Positions 7,536 through 17,085 of a stretch of DNA of 64,000 nucleotides are shown piece after piece; the stretch's first letter is position 1, and the number at the start of each line of letters is the position of its first letter. The DNA is taken from contig JBEKIW010000003.1 in NCBI GenBank assembly GCA_050011565.1, forward strand, positions 32,001 through 96,000, read 5' to 3'. Source of the DNA: Dehalococcoidia bacterium. GTDB taxonomy: Bacteria > Chloroflexota > Dehalococcoidia > GIF9 > UBA5629. Made by a program: the position numbers and the translations under genes. The notes under the pieces were generated by a model, which was given only the letters and a program-made list of their open reading frames with translations, was not told the origin of the DNA and searched no databases.

Positions 7536-9218
7536 ATGAGGATATCGAACTTCGGAAAGTATCGTTGGGTAGCGGTCTTTTTCAGGTTATGCCTGGTTGC
7601 CGTAGTTGCCCTGTCACTGGTTATGGGAGGCATGGCACTGAAGGTCCAGCCTGTACACGCTGCTACCGTTATACCTCTTTTTATAACTGCAACATTCCCG
7701 GCATGCCAGTCCTGGTCACAGCAACTTACCGTTACACCAGCTTGTACTCCATCATTCATTTTCTTTTGGCTGGTGGGGACATTGCCGGGATTTGCAAACC
7801 TAAATCCAATTACCGGGGAACTCACATGTTGCCCTCAACCCACGGATGTTGGCGTCTATAACTTTGACATTATATGCACCGAGATGTATTGGCCCAGTGC
7901 GTGTTGGCCTCCCATTCACACGACTATTCCTGTCAGCCTCACTGTCACACCACCTCTCCCCACTACCCCCCTGACTATCAACCCAACGTTTTATCCGGTA
8001 GCCTGGGAGGGCCTACCGTTCTCCATGACGCTGAGCGCCACCGGTTGCTCAGGAGCATATAGCTGGGGCGCCTTGGGATTACCTGCCGGGCTTTCCGTGA
8101 CAGACAACGTCCTCGGCATCATCTCCGGCACGCCCGGCCCGGGCACTTGCGGCACTTATACCGTAACAGTTACTTGTACTGATACACTTATGTGCCCTAC
8201 AGCAGCATGCTGCCCACCCGTCAGCCGTCCCTTCATCTTTATCGTTGATTGTTGGGCTAACTACCTTCCCATCTTTTACTACACTACCGCTTGCGATTTC
8301 ACGGTCGAAATCGGCTCCGGTCTCACGCAGGGTCAGACAAAGGTGTTGGTCGATGGCGCAAATAAGGCCACCCTGGTAGGAGGCCAATCTGAAACCTTTA
8401 CCTCAGTGCCGTGCGAAAGCCATCTGGTGATGGTAGATCAAGCGGTACAGGTCCCGAACTCCAATATGAAGTTCACAGTCATAGGTTCAAATACCAAGAC
8501 GGTGTCCGATGTAGACAACCATGCCTATTTCGATTATGCGCAGGAGGTAAATATCACCACGGCCAGCGACCCGTCCGGAGCGGCACAGCCGCCGGGCACC
8601 GGCTATTATGCCATAGGCAGCAATTTCAGCAGTACCGCGCCGGGCACCATTGAAACCGATATCCAGAACGGTAAAAAGTTGGTCTTCCGGGAATGGAGGC
8701 TGCCCGACGGCACCACGCGCCCCACCAGGGACCTGATATTCCCCGTCAACCAGGCAGGGACCGTCACCGCCGCATACGATACTTTTTATCAACTGCGACT
8801 GACCTCGGATTACCCGGCCATAGACGAGCGCTCCTTTGAACCCGCAGGCAGCACCGCCACCTGGAACCTGTCGCTGCACGCAGTCCCCTTGCTGGGCTTC
8901 TGGGGTTTCCTGGGTGGAGTACAAAGCCCGCTGAACGCCAGCGGCAGCCAGCTTATTACCGGACCCACCACCGTAGAAATCCAATGGGGGCCCAACTACA
9001 CCATGCCCATTGTAGCCATAATAATTGCATTGCTGGTCATAGCCGGCCTGATCGTTCTCATATACCGCCTCCGGTCAAGGCCTGCCGCCAAAACCGAGGT
9101 AAAGGAAGCTACACCTAAGGCTAAAAAAACAGCGGCTGAAAACTTCTGCCCTAAATGCGGCAACCCTGTCGACAAGGATGCAGACTATTGCAAAAAGTGC
9201 GGAAAGAAACTTAAATAG
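7536..9218 (+). CDS. Surface protein with putative Ig (He_PIG-like) domains, a C-terminal TM and a zinc ribbon
   Basis: Signal peptide ending VHA-A; GLPAGLSV...GIISGTP Ig-like signature; TM ~490-510; CPKCG...YCKKCG. Confidence 0.8.
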   Translation: MRISNFGKYRWVAVFFRLCLVAVVALSLVMGGMALKVQPVHAATVIPLFITATFPACQSWSQQLTVTPACTPSFIFFWLVGTLPGFANLNPITGELTCCPQPTDVGVYNFDIICTEMYWPSACWPPIHTTIPVSLTVTPPLPTTPLTINPTFYPVAWEGLPFSMTLSATGCSGAYSWGALGLPAGLSVTDNVLGIISGTPGPGTCGTYTVTVTCTDTLMCPTAACCPPVSRPFIFIVDCWANYLPIFYYTTACDFTVEIGSGLTQGQTKVLVDGANKATLVGGQSETFTSVPCESHLVMVDQAVQVPNSNMKFTVIGSNTKTVSDVDNHAYFDYAQEVNITTASDPSGAAQPPGTGYYAIGSNFSSTAPGTIETDIQNGKKLVFREWRLPDGTTRPTRDLIFPVNQAGTVTAAYDTFYQLRLTSDYPAIDERSFEPAGSTATWNLSLHAVPLLGFWGFLGGVQSPLNASGSQLITGPTTVEIQWGPNYTMPIVAIIIALLVIAGLIVLIYRLRSRPAAKTEVKEATPKAKKTAAENFCPKCGNPVDKDADYCKKCGKKLK

Positions 9219-9262
9219 GGCGACAATGATGACATTCTTTATCCAAGGAGGTTAAATAGAAG

Positions 9263-9553
9263 ATGAATGTACCTGCTATGGACTATATCGGCTGTGGTTT
9301 TACCTGGCTTTTTGTGCTGCTCATCCTAGGTGGATATTTCTATATCCTGAGCAAGACAGGCAAAAAATGGGTTTTCATGCTTATATTCGCTGCAGCCTGG
9401 TTCGTTATGGGCATATCATACATATTTCTCATCGCTGGTGTAGCTGCGGGTGCATGGTCTATCACGCTCATTAGAACAATCGGATATGTGTTGTTTCTAT
9501 CAATGATATTGACAGCAATCGCGGAACTGGTAAAGTTGGGGGGAAAAGAATAA
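9263..9553 (+). CDS. Small three-TM membrane protein
   Basis: Hydrophobic 96-aa ORF with AAGGAGG RBS. Confidence 0.7.
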   Translation: MNVPAMDYIGCGFTWLFVLLILGGYFYILSKTGKKWVFMLIFAAAWFVMGISYIFLIAGVAAGAWSITLIRTIGYVLFLSMILTAIAELVKLGGKE

Positions 9554-9575
9554 ATTAGCACGTGTGTTGAGTCCG

Positions 9576-9858
9576 CATAACGCCGGGACATACCCAGGCT
9601 TCCTATCGGTGATTCTGCCCGACGGTGAATTTATCAGCGGCGACCTTATTATGAAGGGGATGGTTCGCTTCTGGCAGCCGAACTACCCGCTTTTTGCCGA
9701 TAACATGGAACAGCTAAACAAAAGCATCAAGTTGATACTGCGCAAAAAGCCGTCAAAAATCTACTGCACCCACGGCGGCCCCTTCGACCCCAAAGCCGTC
9801 CTGCGCAGGTTCTCCTAAGCAGTGCTTCCTGACATCCAACGTGCATTGAACATTTCGC
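9576..9858 (+). pseudogene. Displaced 3' fragment and 3' UTR of a divergent allele of the MBL hydrolase
   Basis: Aligns with 5609-5891; the HTPGHTPG codons are frameshifted, and there is no N-terminus or RBS. Confidence 0.9.
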
Positions 9859-9967
9859 CCTTTTGTTGCCTTAGAGGTAAGATATCAAGCCCTCCTGCAC
9901 CCAAATGGCTGCCCTGATGGGTTTCAAGGATTGACGCTAGCCAGACTCCGGAATCATCTGCCCTTAT

Positions 9968-10624
9968 CTATTTTAATAACCGTAGCTTCAGAGCAAGCCC
10001 TCTATCTTCGATTCCCATTTCTGAAAAGCTTATTTGCGACGACGATATTATTTTCTGAAATTCCTGCAACCTCACAGACGAGTGAAGCCTTACAAAATAC
10101 AGGACGAGAAAGGATAGGAACCAGCCGTACCTATCTTTTAGCTGCATTCTCGCCTCCCTTGTAGTGTCTTGTCTTAGCTCGTAAATCCATGCTTCACCAC
10201 CAATCTTAAGAACGCGATGTATTTCTTTCAAGCATTCTCTGGGATTCGCCCAGTGATGAAAACTGAGTGTGCTTACGATTAGGTCAAAATATCCATCCCC
10301 ATAAGGAATATGCTCTGCACTGCCATACTCAAATTGAACACGTCCGGATAGTTCAGCATCTTTAGCGTTCTTGCTAGCTATCATCACCATGGCTGAGGAA
10401 ATATCGATGGCTTTAATCTCAACATTCTGAGACCTTCGAGCCACCTCAATCGGAACATAGCCAGGCCCTGTTCCTATGTCTAATAGTTTCCCCGACGATA
10501 CCTTTGAGATAATCTCTCCTGTAACCTCTCGGTAGAAGTCTTGCATAATTGGGCTTCTAGCCACAATTGTTGAATAGACTTTTGCCCCAGGCTTAGGAAT
10601 ACCCTCGATCTTTAAAAGCTTCAT
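9968..10624 (-). CDS. Class I SAM-dependent methyltransferase
   Basis: LLDIGTGPG, FDLIVST, EIHRVLK.GG motifs. Confidence 0.85.
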   Translation of the reverse strand: MKLLKIEGIPKPGAKVYSTIVARSPIMQDFYREVTGEIISKVSSGKLLDIGTGPGYVPIEVARRSQNVEIKAIDISSAMVMIASKNAKDAELSGRVQFEYGSAEHIPYGDGYFDLIVSTLSFHHWANPRECLKEIHRVLKIGGEAWIYELRQDTTREARMQLKDRYGWFLSFLVLYFVRLHSSVRLQEFQKIISSSQISFSEMGIEDRGLALKLRLLK

Positions 10625-10641
10625 AAATTAACCCAAGGACT

Positions 10642-10953
10642 TCAATGGGGGACCAGAAACTCACCAAGGCAAAAAACCAGAATATCAAAGCCAATAAAGA
10701 TAGCTAAAAAAACAAGGATAGAGCGCTCCTTGCTTTTTATGATGCCGATAAGTCCGGTAACAAAGGCAGCTACACCACAGGTCCCCGCGAGAAACATCGG
10801 GACTGTAAGCAGAAGGTTACTGAAGAACGTTTCGCCACCCCGCTGTCCGGAAACAACCAGGATGATAAACAACACCAAAAACAGAATGAAAGCCGCAATC
10901 AGGCCGACTGACCATTTACCCAAAGAGGTTTTTGGTAAAACATCTATCCGCAC
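10642..10953 (-). CDS. Small three-TM membrane protein
   Basis: Hydrophobic ORF (LPKTSLGKWSVGL...KERSILV). Confidence 0.7.
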   Translation of the reverse strand: MRIDVLPKTSLGKWSVGLIAAFILFLVLFIILVVSGQRGGETFFSNLLLTVPMFLAGTCGVAAFVTGLIGIIKSKERSILVFLAIFIGFDILVFCLGEFLVPH

Positions 10954-11136
10954 AATACTATCCTAGAACGTAATTTGATTGAAGTCAATATGTCAGTCAG
11001 AATGGGCCGGCATACTTGAGTCCCTGACAGGTTCATTCAACTCCTGCATGCATTTGTTTCTTACTTGTCAGAAGCGCGACAGCTCGTTGTTTCGCTTGAG
11101 GCGAGCATGACTTGAATAACCCGGAGGGGGTCGCGA

Positions 11137-12699
11137 CTAAGGTCTCCCGGCTTTCTCCACGGCAAGTCCGCAGTTGTTTATCTTTAGCTTTCCGTCATAG
11201 AACAGGGCAGCGACGCGGCTCCCCACGATGTGCAAGTCAGCAAGTGGGTCGCCGGCGACGATAGCCAGGTCGGCCACTTTGCCCGTCCGGATGGAGCCAA
11301 ACCCCTCTTCCAGCCCCATTGCCTTGGCGCTGCCTATGGTGGCCAGGCGCAGGGCATCGGCGCCGGTGAACCGTCTGGCACTTCTATCCCTGTTCAACGT
11401 GAGGTCAAACATACCCATCTCGTACTTGATTGCGGCCGGTGTGCACGGCGGGATGCCGCCGTCGTTGCCACATCCCATCCGGGCAGATTTTTCAAAGAGC
11501 AGCCTGAAATTGTGCGTACCGTTGATACCGGCGGTAGAATAATATCGGTATAAAGCACTGTTATCCATGATGCCAAGCGTCTTCATAAGCCCCCGGGAAA
11601 GCCTCTGGTGGCTACCGAGTACGCTACCCCTCAGTTCGGGAACGAAGAACTCCTCGGCCAGGGCAGCTATGGTTTTGTCCCTATACTCCATTATTTTGAG
11701 TACTTCCGGATGGTCGTAAGAGGGATGCCCCTTCACGCCCCACACCACGTCATAGGCCACCGACAAGGTCGGCTCCGAGATGCATTTGGCAGCGATGAAA
11801 GCCTCTACATCGGCCTCACTGAGGTCGGCATCGCGGGGAATATGTGCCAGTGACGTTACGCCGGCTTTCACTCCTCGCCGAAATGACGCTACGCTCACCT
11901 GATGCATGGTGCTTTTCAGCCCTCTTCGCCGTGCCTGGTCAGCCAGCGCTTCGAGCTGCCTGGCGGTCATCACAGTATGTGTGGGCTTGAAGTTGACCAG
12001 GTTCTCGATTTGTTCCCCGATCTTGATGTACTCTGCACCTCGTTCATCGATGGCACGGTCCACCGCATCCCTGACTTGTCGTGCGCCAGCATCCAAAGGA
12101 AATACCAGCACCCCGCTTTCGCTCTTCTGATACTCAACCACCGGAATGCCCAGAGCCATACAAAAAAATCGCCAGGTAAGGGTAAGTCTAGGCGAAAAAT
12201 AGTTATTCGGAGGAGTGACCACTACTGCCTGATAGATACGCGGGCCCGCTATCTCTCCTCGGGATATCCTTTCTTTCCAAGCGCGTAAGATGCGCAGGTC
12301 ATCGATCTTACAATCCCTGATGTTGGTAATGCCGTGTGCCAGGCATTCGGCCATGTTCTTGGCAAGCTGTTGTTGGTGATACTTGTTGCCCAATCTGACA
12401 TCCTTAATTTCAGGGCTGACTGTGGTTGTGGTATAAGATGCATGGCAGTGTGTATTAAACATGCCGGGGAAAGCTGCCTTGCCCTGAAGGTCTATGGTGA
12501 AGTCGGGTTTAATGCCAGTGGGTTCGCCCGGCATTCCGGGCATGGCCTTTACCTTTTTCCCCTGAATGATAACTCTGGTTTCCGGTGCGAAATAGCGCCC
12601 GTTGATGGCATCGACAAACCTGCCATTCTTCAGCTCTACCAGGGCATCATCCCCAGGCTCATAATTGTCCACGAAATTGGTCTCAGCATAACCTTGCAT
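11137..12699 (-). CDS. Amidohydrolase-family protein
   Basis: IDLQGKAAFPGMFNTHCH, GITNIRD, GSIRTGKVADLAIV motifs. Confidence 0.85.
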   Translation of the reverse strand: MQGYAETNFVDNYEPGDDALVELKNGRFVDAINGRYFAPETRVIIQGKKVKAMPGMPGEPTGIKPDFTIDLQGKAAFPGMFNTHCHASYTTTTVSPEIKDVRLGNKYHQQQLAKNMAECLAHGITNIRDCKIDDLRILRAWKERISRGEIAGPRIYQAVVVTPPNNYFSPRLTLTWRFFCMALGIPVVEYQKSESGVLVFPLDAGARQVRDAVDRAIDERGAEYIKIGEQIENLVNFKPTHTVMTARQLEALADQARRRGLKSTMHQVSVASFRRGVKAGVTSLAHIPRDADLSEADVEAFIAAKCISEPTLSVAYDVVWGVKGHPSYDHPEVLKIMEYRDKTIAALAEEFFVPELRGSVLGSHQRLSRGLMKTLGIMDNSALYRYYSTAGINGTHNFRLLFEKSARMGCGNDGGIPPCTPAAIKYEMGMFDLTLNRDRSARRFTGADALRLATIGSAKAMGLEEGFGSIRTGKVADLAIVAGDPLADLHIVGSRVAALFYDGKLKINNCGLAVEKAGRP

Positions 12700-12775
12700 T
12701 TCTACCTCCCGTCCGAATGGCGTTGCCGATATTGTACAATAGCACCAGCCTTGTCACCAATGTGCCGGCCTTGCC

Positions 12776-12850
12776 TAAGAAGGGCAACTAGCTTCCTTTG
12801 GTTGTCTGCGAGCCAGGACTATGCTGCCGATAACGCCCTACTTGTCAGGA
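12776..12850 (-). pseudogene. Displaced 3' end of a divergent allele of the 13238-13624 gene
   Basis: 32-bp exact match between 12791-12822 and 13254-13285; encodes GSIVLARRQPKEASCPS* versus GSIVLARRQPKEAIRPT*. Confidence 0.8.
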
Positions 12851-12870
12851 CATGGTTGCCCGTTTGCCTC

Positions 12871-13182
12871 TCAACTTCCTAGTTCTTTGCCTGTTATGAG
12901 ATAGTAAATCAGGCTTGCAATCCCACTCAAGATTGGTAAACTCAGGACTGAAGCCAGTGTAATTAAAAGTGCTAACTTGACTCTGCTTAGTTTTTTCCTG
13001 CGGATTAACCCTATAATAAAAATCACCAGGCCAATCAGGATGATAGAAAAGCCAATTATATCTGTATCTATATCATAGTATATATACAGAGGGAAACTTA
13101 GTATAAAGACGATTACGCCAATACCCATTATAAAAAAGGACGCTGTTATAAGTTTGCCAAACCTGTTTATCATTTTCCTCAT
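12871..13182 (-). CDS. Small AT-rich three-TM membrane protein
   Basis: Hydrophobic 103-aa ORF; AGAGGG RBS. Confidence 0.7.
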   Translation of the reverse strand: MRKMINRFGKLITASFFIMGIGVIVFILSFPLYIYYDIDTDIIGFSIILIGLVIFIIGLIRRKKLSRVKLALLITLASVLSLPILSGIASLIYYLITGKELGS

Positions 13183-13237
13183 TGTTTCCCTCTTTTATGC
13201 TCAGTGTTGGTGCTATTACAGAAGACTGCTTGTCAAA

Positions 13238-13624
13238 TTAAGTAGGACGAATCGCTTCCTTTGGTTGTCTGCGAGCCAGGACTATACTGCCGATTATTCC
13301 TGTCAGGAAAGCCAGCAGAATAACGTATAAGATAAGGTTAGCCATCGTTTCAGGAACGAGCTCAAGAAATACAAAACCGATAGGGATAGCAATAGGAGCA
13401 GCTCCTGTCATTATCAAGAAGGTCCTGAGCAAACCTGCCACCTTTCCTTTCAAAGTCAAAACTAGCAACGCTATCCCGAGGAAGAAGAACAAAGCAAAAA
13501 CCAGAAGGGGTAAAAAGGCCATATAAGTAAGAGTCCATTGTCCCACGGCTGGAATGAAATTCACTGCCAGGACTAAAAAATCTCCGACCAGTGCCCAGAA
13601 TACCGGCCAAATTGCTTTCTTCAT
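13238..13624 (-). CDS. Four-TM membrane protein
   Basis: Hydrophobic 128-aa ORF; AGGTG RBS. Confidence 0.7.
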   Translation of the reverse strand: MKKAIWPVFWALVGDFLVLAVNFIPAVGQWTLTYMAFLPLLVFALFFFLGIALLVLTLKGKVAGLLRTFLIMTGAAPIAIPIGFVFLELVPETMANLILYVILLAFLTGIIGSIVLARRQPKEAIRPT

Positions 13625-13946
13625 CTTCTCACCTACTTTTTCACCGATTTCACGTGTTCGTACTTGAGTTTAGTCCCTATCCTGAAACACTGTCAATGCC
13701 CTAAAAACGGGATGAACCCACTGTGCCTCTTATCGGCGACAACATCCAATTTGAAGTATCCCTGTGAAGTTGACCCTACTAAACAAAAGCCGACCGCCTA
13801 CTCCTGGGGCTATTGTGCTTGTGGACTCACTCGAGAAGTGATATAAGTACTGGGCGTAGGTCAGCACATTCTGGCTCAGACTTGTCATTTGGCCTAGACG
13901 AAATAGGACCCAAATCAACAAAATGTGATGGTTGGGAGAGGGAGTA

Positions 13947-16403
13947 ATGGAAAAACAATACTATGACATGGCGATTCTTGTATTACCTGCTTTAGGTGCA
14001 CTTTTACTAGCCTGGGCAAGTATCCCTAGGGGATGGAATAGGAAAACATGCGTGGCGCTAGTTGGGGCGCAACTGATTCTTGTTGCTTTTATGATGGCCT
14101 ATTACAAAACATATATTTCTTTACATGAGAATCTTAAAACCGGATTTTGGTTTCTTGTGGGCCTTTATATAGTGGCAGTCGTCATTATTATCGTCCAGCC
14201 CTGGAAAATAATAATGAAAAGAAAAACTGCAAAAATTTCGAGTTCCATAGATGAAGCTCCAAATGCTATCTCTCCTACGCTGTTAGTAGATGAACCAATA
14301 TTGCTAGAAGAACAAGACAGACTTAATAGGAACAAATTTGTGGAGCAATTCGCCCAAACACTAGTAGGACATCGTGGCAATTCTTGTCTAATTGCCGCCT
14401 TGCATGGTCCATGGGGCAGCGGTAAATCTTCATTGCTCAATCTTATAGAGGATCAGTTGAACAACTCATCAGCAACAAATGACTACATTGTCATCAGGTT
14501 CAATCCATGGAATATCTCCAGCCTTGACCAGCTAATAACAATGTTTTTCCATGAACTAAAAGTAGCAGTCCAAGGCAAGCAGCAATTCAATGTGGATGGT
14601 GGCAAGACAGCCAAGCTGCTAGACATATTTAGTGGCATATTGACGGTCAGCACGCTTTCACCTGTCGGTAGTCAATACTTTGCAGTAGGCGCAGAGGCGG
14701 TTAAAAAGGCGGGCAGAGTTATCAAGGATAATAGAACCAAGTCACTTGTTGAAATAAAAAAACAACTCGATAAGGAGCTATCCAAAGCAGCAAAACGTAT
14801 ATTTGTTCTGATAGACGACATTGATCGCCTAGACGAAGAAGCCGCTAGATTGCTTTTCAGAATGATTCGGCTAAATGCTGATTTTAAGAATACTACTTAT
14901 TTACTGGCATTTGACTTAGATGTAGTGACAGACCTAATCGCGAAAGACCAGCCAAAACACGGCAAGGAATACCTTGAGAAGATAATACAACTTCCTGTAC
15001 ATATTCCGAAAATTGACGATGCGGTTCTTCAAGCTCTCCTAGTAGAAGAACTCGATGTTTTCGTCAACAAATATGACGGCGATAAATTTGATAAAACATA
15101 TCAAATAAGATGGCAAGAATTACTTGTAGAAGGGAGATTTTTCAAATTATTCAGGACAATAAGAGATATCGTCAGATATAGTAACGGCCTCAACTTGAAC
15201 TACGCACTAATATCTGATGAAGTCAACATGGTGGATTTTATGGCACTAGAAGGCATTCGCATATTTGCGCCGCAGTCTTATGATCAAATCCGTCGTAATA
15301 AAGCAATCATCACAAGGACTAGCACTACTGGAATCCTACAGCCGAAAGAAGACATAGCGACAACAAAAACAATACTAGAAAAGATATTTAATCCAGCGTC
15401 GTCAGATAACACTGAAAGAGGCAAGATAGTTGAGGATGTCTGTAAGGTGCTATTCCCACAATTAGGAAGAATATACGCAAATTTTGATTTCAGTAATTCT
15501 CAGCAGGAGTGGAGACAACAAAAGCGAATCTGCTCAGAAGAAGTATTCGAGAGATATTTCATGCTTGGCATTCCAAAGGGAGAAATCTCTGAAGAAGAAA
15601 TGAAGACAACATTGGCATTAGGCAATGACCATCTGAAATTTGCCGAAGCCCTAAATGAGTTGTTTGAGAGGAAGCTAGGGAAGCGCTTCCTGGAGCGCTT
15701 CGAGGACTATATCGGCGAAGTGCAAGAGGAAAATATCCTGGAAACCATACTTGGTCTATTTGAGATTGAAGAGAGGATAGTATCCGAACCCAGAGGTATG
15801 CTGCAAGCTGGTGCTGACTACCAAGCTGCTAGATTAGCATACCTACTACTCAAGAGGATTCGAGAGAAGACTCAACGAAAGAATACAATCATAGATGCAA
15901 TCAACAAAACATCCAAAATATTCTCACCTGTCCATTTTGTATCTCTCATTAGTCCTGATAGCACAGAGGATGCTCCAAGGAATGAAGCACGGGTAGAACT
16001 CGAATTGTCGCAAGAAGACTCTTTCGAGTTACATAATTTATGTGTAACAAAGATTAAGACAGCTGCTGTGTCAGGTGAGCTATCGAAATCACCACATTTA
16101 GGCATGATAATGTATAGATGGCATGACTGGGGAAATGCTGATGAAGTTAAAGAATATGCTAGAAAACTTGTTGAAACAGATGAAGGAGTAATAGATTTTC
16201 TTGTTGGAGTAACAATTGAAGTATTGTCCTCTAGTACGGGACGCCGAGCCGAGATACAGCAGAAGGATATTTCCGCCTTCATAGATATTGAACTCATTAA
16301 GACAAGAGTCGCACAGATCAAAGAAACTGAGTGGGAGAAGTTGAACAATATTCAACAAGAAGCAGTTGATGCTTTTCTAAGAAGCATGTCACCAGATGAA
16401 TGA
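13947..16403 (+). CDS. KAP-family P-loop NTPase with three N-terminal TMs (defence-associated family)
   Basis: D.LNR..F, Walker A GPWGSGKS, FNPW, Walker B LIDDIDRL, YLEKIIQLP; AT-rich relative to the core genes. Confidence 0.85.
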   Translation: MEKQYYDMAILVLPALGALLLAWASIPRGWNRKTCVALVGAQLILVAFMMAYYKTYISLHENLKTGFWFLVGLYIVAVVIIIVQPWKIIMKRKTAKISSSIDEAPNAISPTLLVDEPILLEEQDRLNRNKFVEQFAQTLVGHRGNSCLIAALHGPWGSGKSSLLNLIEDQLNNSSATNDYIVIRFNPWNISSLDQLITMFFHELKVAVQGKQQFNVDGGKTAKLLDIFSGILTVSTLSPVGSQYFAVGAEAVKKAGRVIKDNRTKSLVEIKKQLDKELSKAAKRIFVLIDDIDRLDEEAARLLFRMIRLNADFKNTTYLLAFDLDVVTDLIAKDQPKHGKEYLEKIIQLPVHIPKIDDAVLQALLVEELDVFVNKYDGDKFDKTYQIRWQELLVEGRFFKLFRTIRDIVRYSNGLNLNYALISDEVNMVDFMALEGIRIFAPQSYDQIRRNKAIITRTSTTGILQPKEDIATTKTILEKIFNPASSDNTERGKIVEDVCKVLFPQLGRIYANFDFSNSQQEWRQQKRICSEEVFERYFMLGIPKGEISEEEMKTTLALGNDHLKFAEALNELFERKLGKRFLERFEDYIGEVQEENILETILGLFEIEERIVSEPRGMLQAGADYQAARLAYLLLKRIREKTQRKNTIIDAINKTSKIFSPVHFVSLISPDSTEDAPRNEARVELELSQEDSFELHNLCVTKIKTAAVSGELSKSPHLGMIMYRWHDWGNADEVKEYARKLVETDEGVIDFLVGVTIEVLSSSTGRRAEIQQKDISAFIDIELIKTRVAQIKETEWEKLNNIQQEAVDAFLRSMSPDE

Positions 16404-16479
16404 TTTCGATTAACGAATTTTCCCTACCATAATGACCGATTAAACGAACACGATGCTACGCAGCTAATGCTGCAGCAAG

Positions 16480-16670
16480 TTCTTTGGCCGGAGCTTTGCA
16501 CGCCGGCACCGGTGAGCCTCTTGGCATTGTGGACCAGCCGGAGGATTTGGGGGCTGATGTTACCTTTGAAAAGCCGTTCTAGCCCAGCCTAGGTGTAGAC
16601 GGGATGGCCCTGGGGTATGCTCAGGACTTTCTCGTCCTGGGCGATGACTAAGTGTTCCCCAGCACCAACT
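16480..16670 (-). pseudogene. GC-rich gene remnant with an in-frame stop
   Basis: Reads EHLVIAQDEKVLSIPQGHPVYT*AGLERLFKGNISPQILRLVHNAKRLTGAGV; TAG at 16591-16589. Confidence 0.35.
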
Positions 16671-16726
16671 GAACACTGTACTACCACTATTAAAGTGACA
16701 ATGAAATCAACTTATTATTGCACATT

Positions 16727-16970
16727 CCGTCATTTTGTTTAGTATCGCATTTCATTCCGTCGTTTTTCGTTTGCCCCGTACGAGCCAGACTGCTATACTA
16801 ACCAATCGTGGACTACGAGATTGTTATCGGGCTGGAGGTGCATGCCCAGCTATTGACTAAGAGCAAGATGTACTGCTCCTGCAGCGCTGATTATGCCAAT
16901 GCGCCGCCTAATACACACGTCTGCCCCATCTGCCTGGATATGCCTGGAGTGCTGCCCACAATCAACCAGA
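16727..16970 (+). pseudogene. gatB: Displaced promoter and first 54 codons of a divergent gatB allele
   Basis: Aligns with 19845-20090; reads [23 protein letters not shown]...LPTINQ and then diverges. Confidence 0.9.
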
Positions 16971-17085
16971 TGGCTCACAAAGCGCCAGGATGTCAATCTG
17001 ACTTCAGGCTGTCGGGCAAGCTATATGAGAGACCACAGTTTGTCTAGTTTAACCAAATATTGAGTATACTATCCTATGTTTCCTG

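Noticed and set aside
9564-9818. 84-aa ORF as a functional gene
   Set aside because: It lacks the HxHxDH motif and an RBS; it is the displaced MBL stub.
5609-9858. MBL 3' duplicate as a DGR template/variable repeat pair
   Set aside because: The mismatches are not adenine-specific (many are C/T or C/G at third codon positions), and no reverse transcriptase is present in the window.
16808-17047. 79-aa ORF as a distinct GatB-like protein
   Set aside because: Similarity to GatB ends at codon 54 and the rest is junction read-through.
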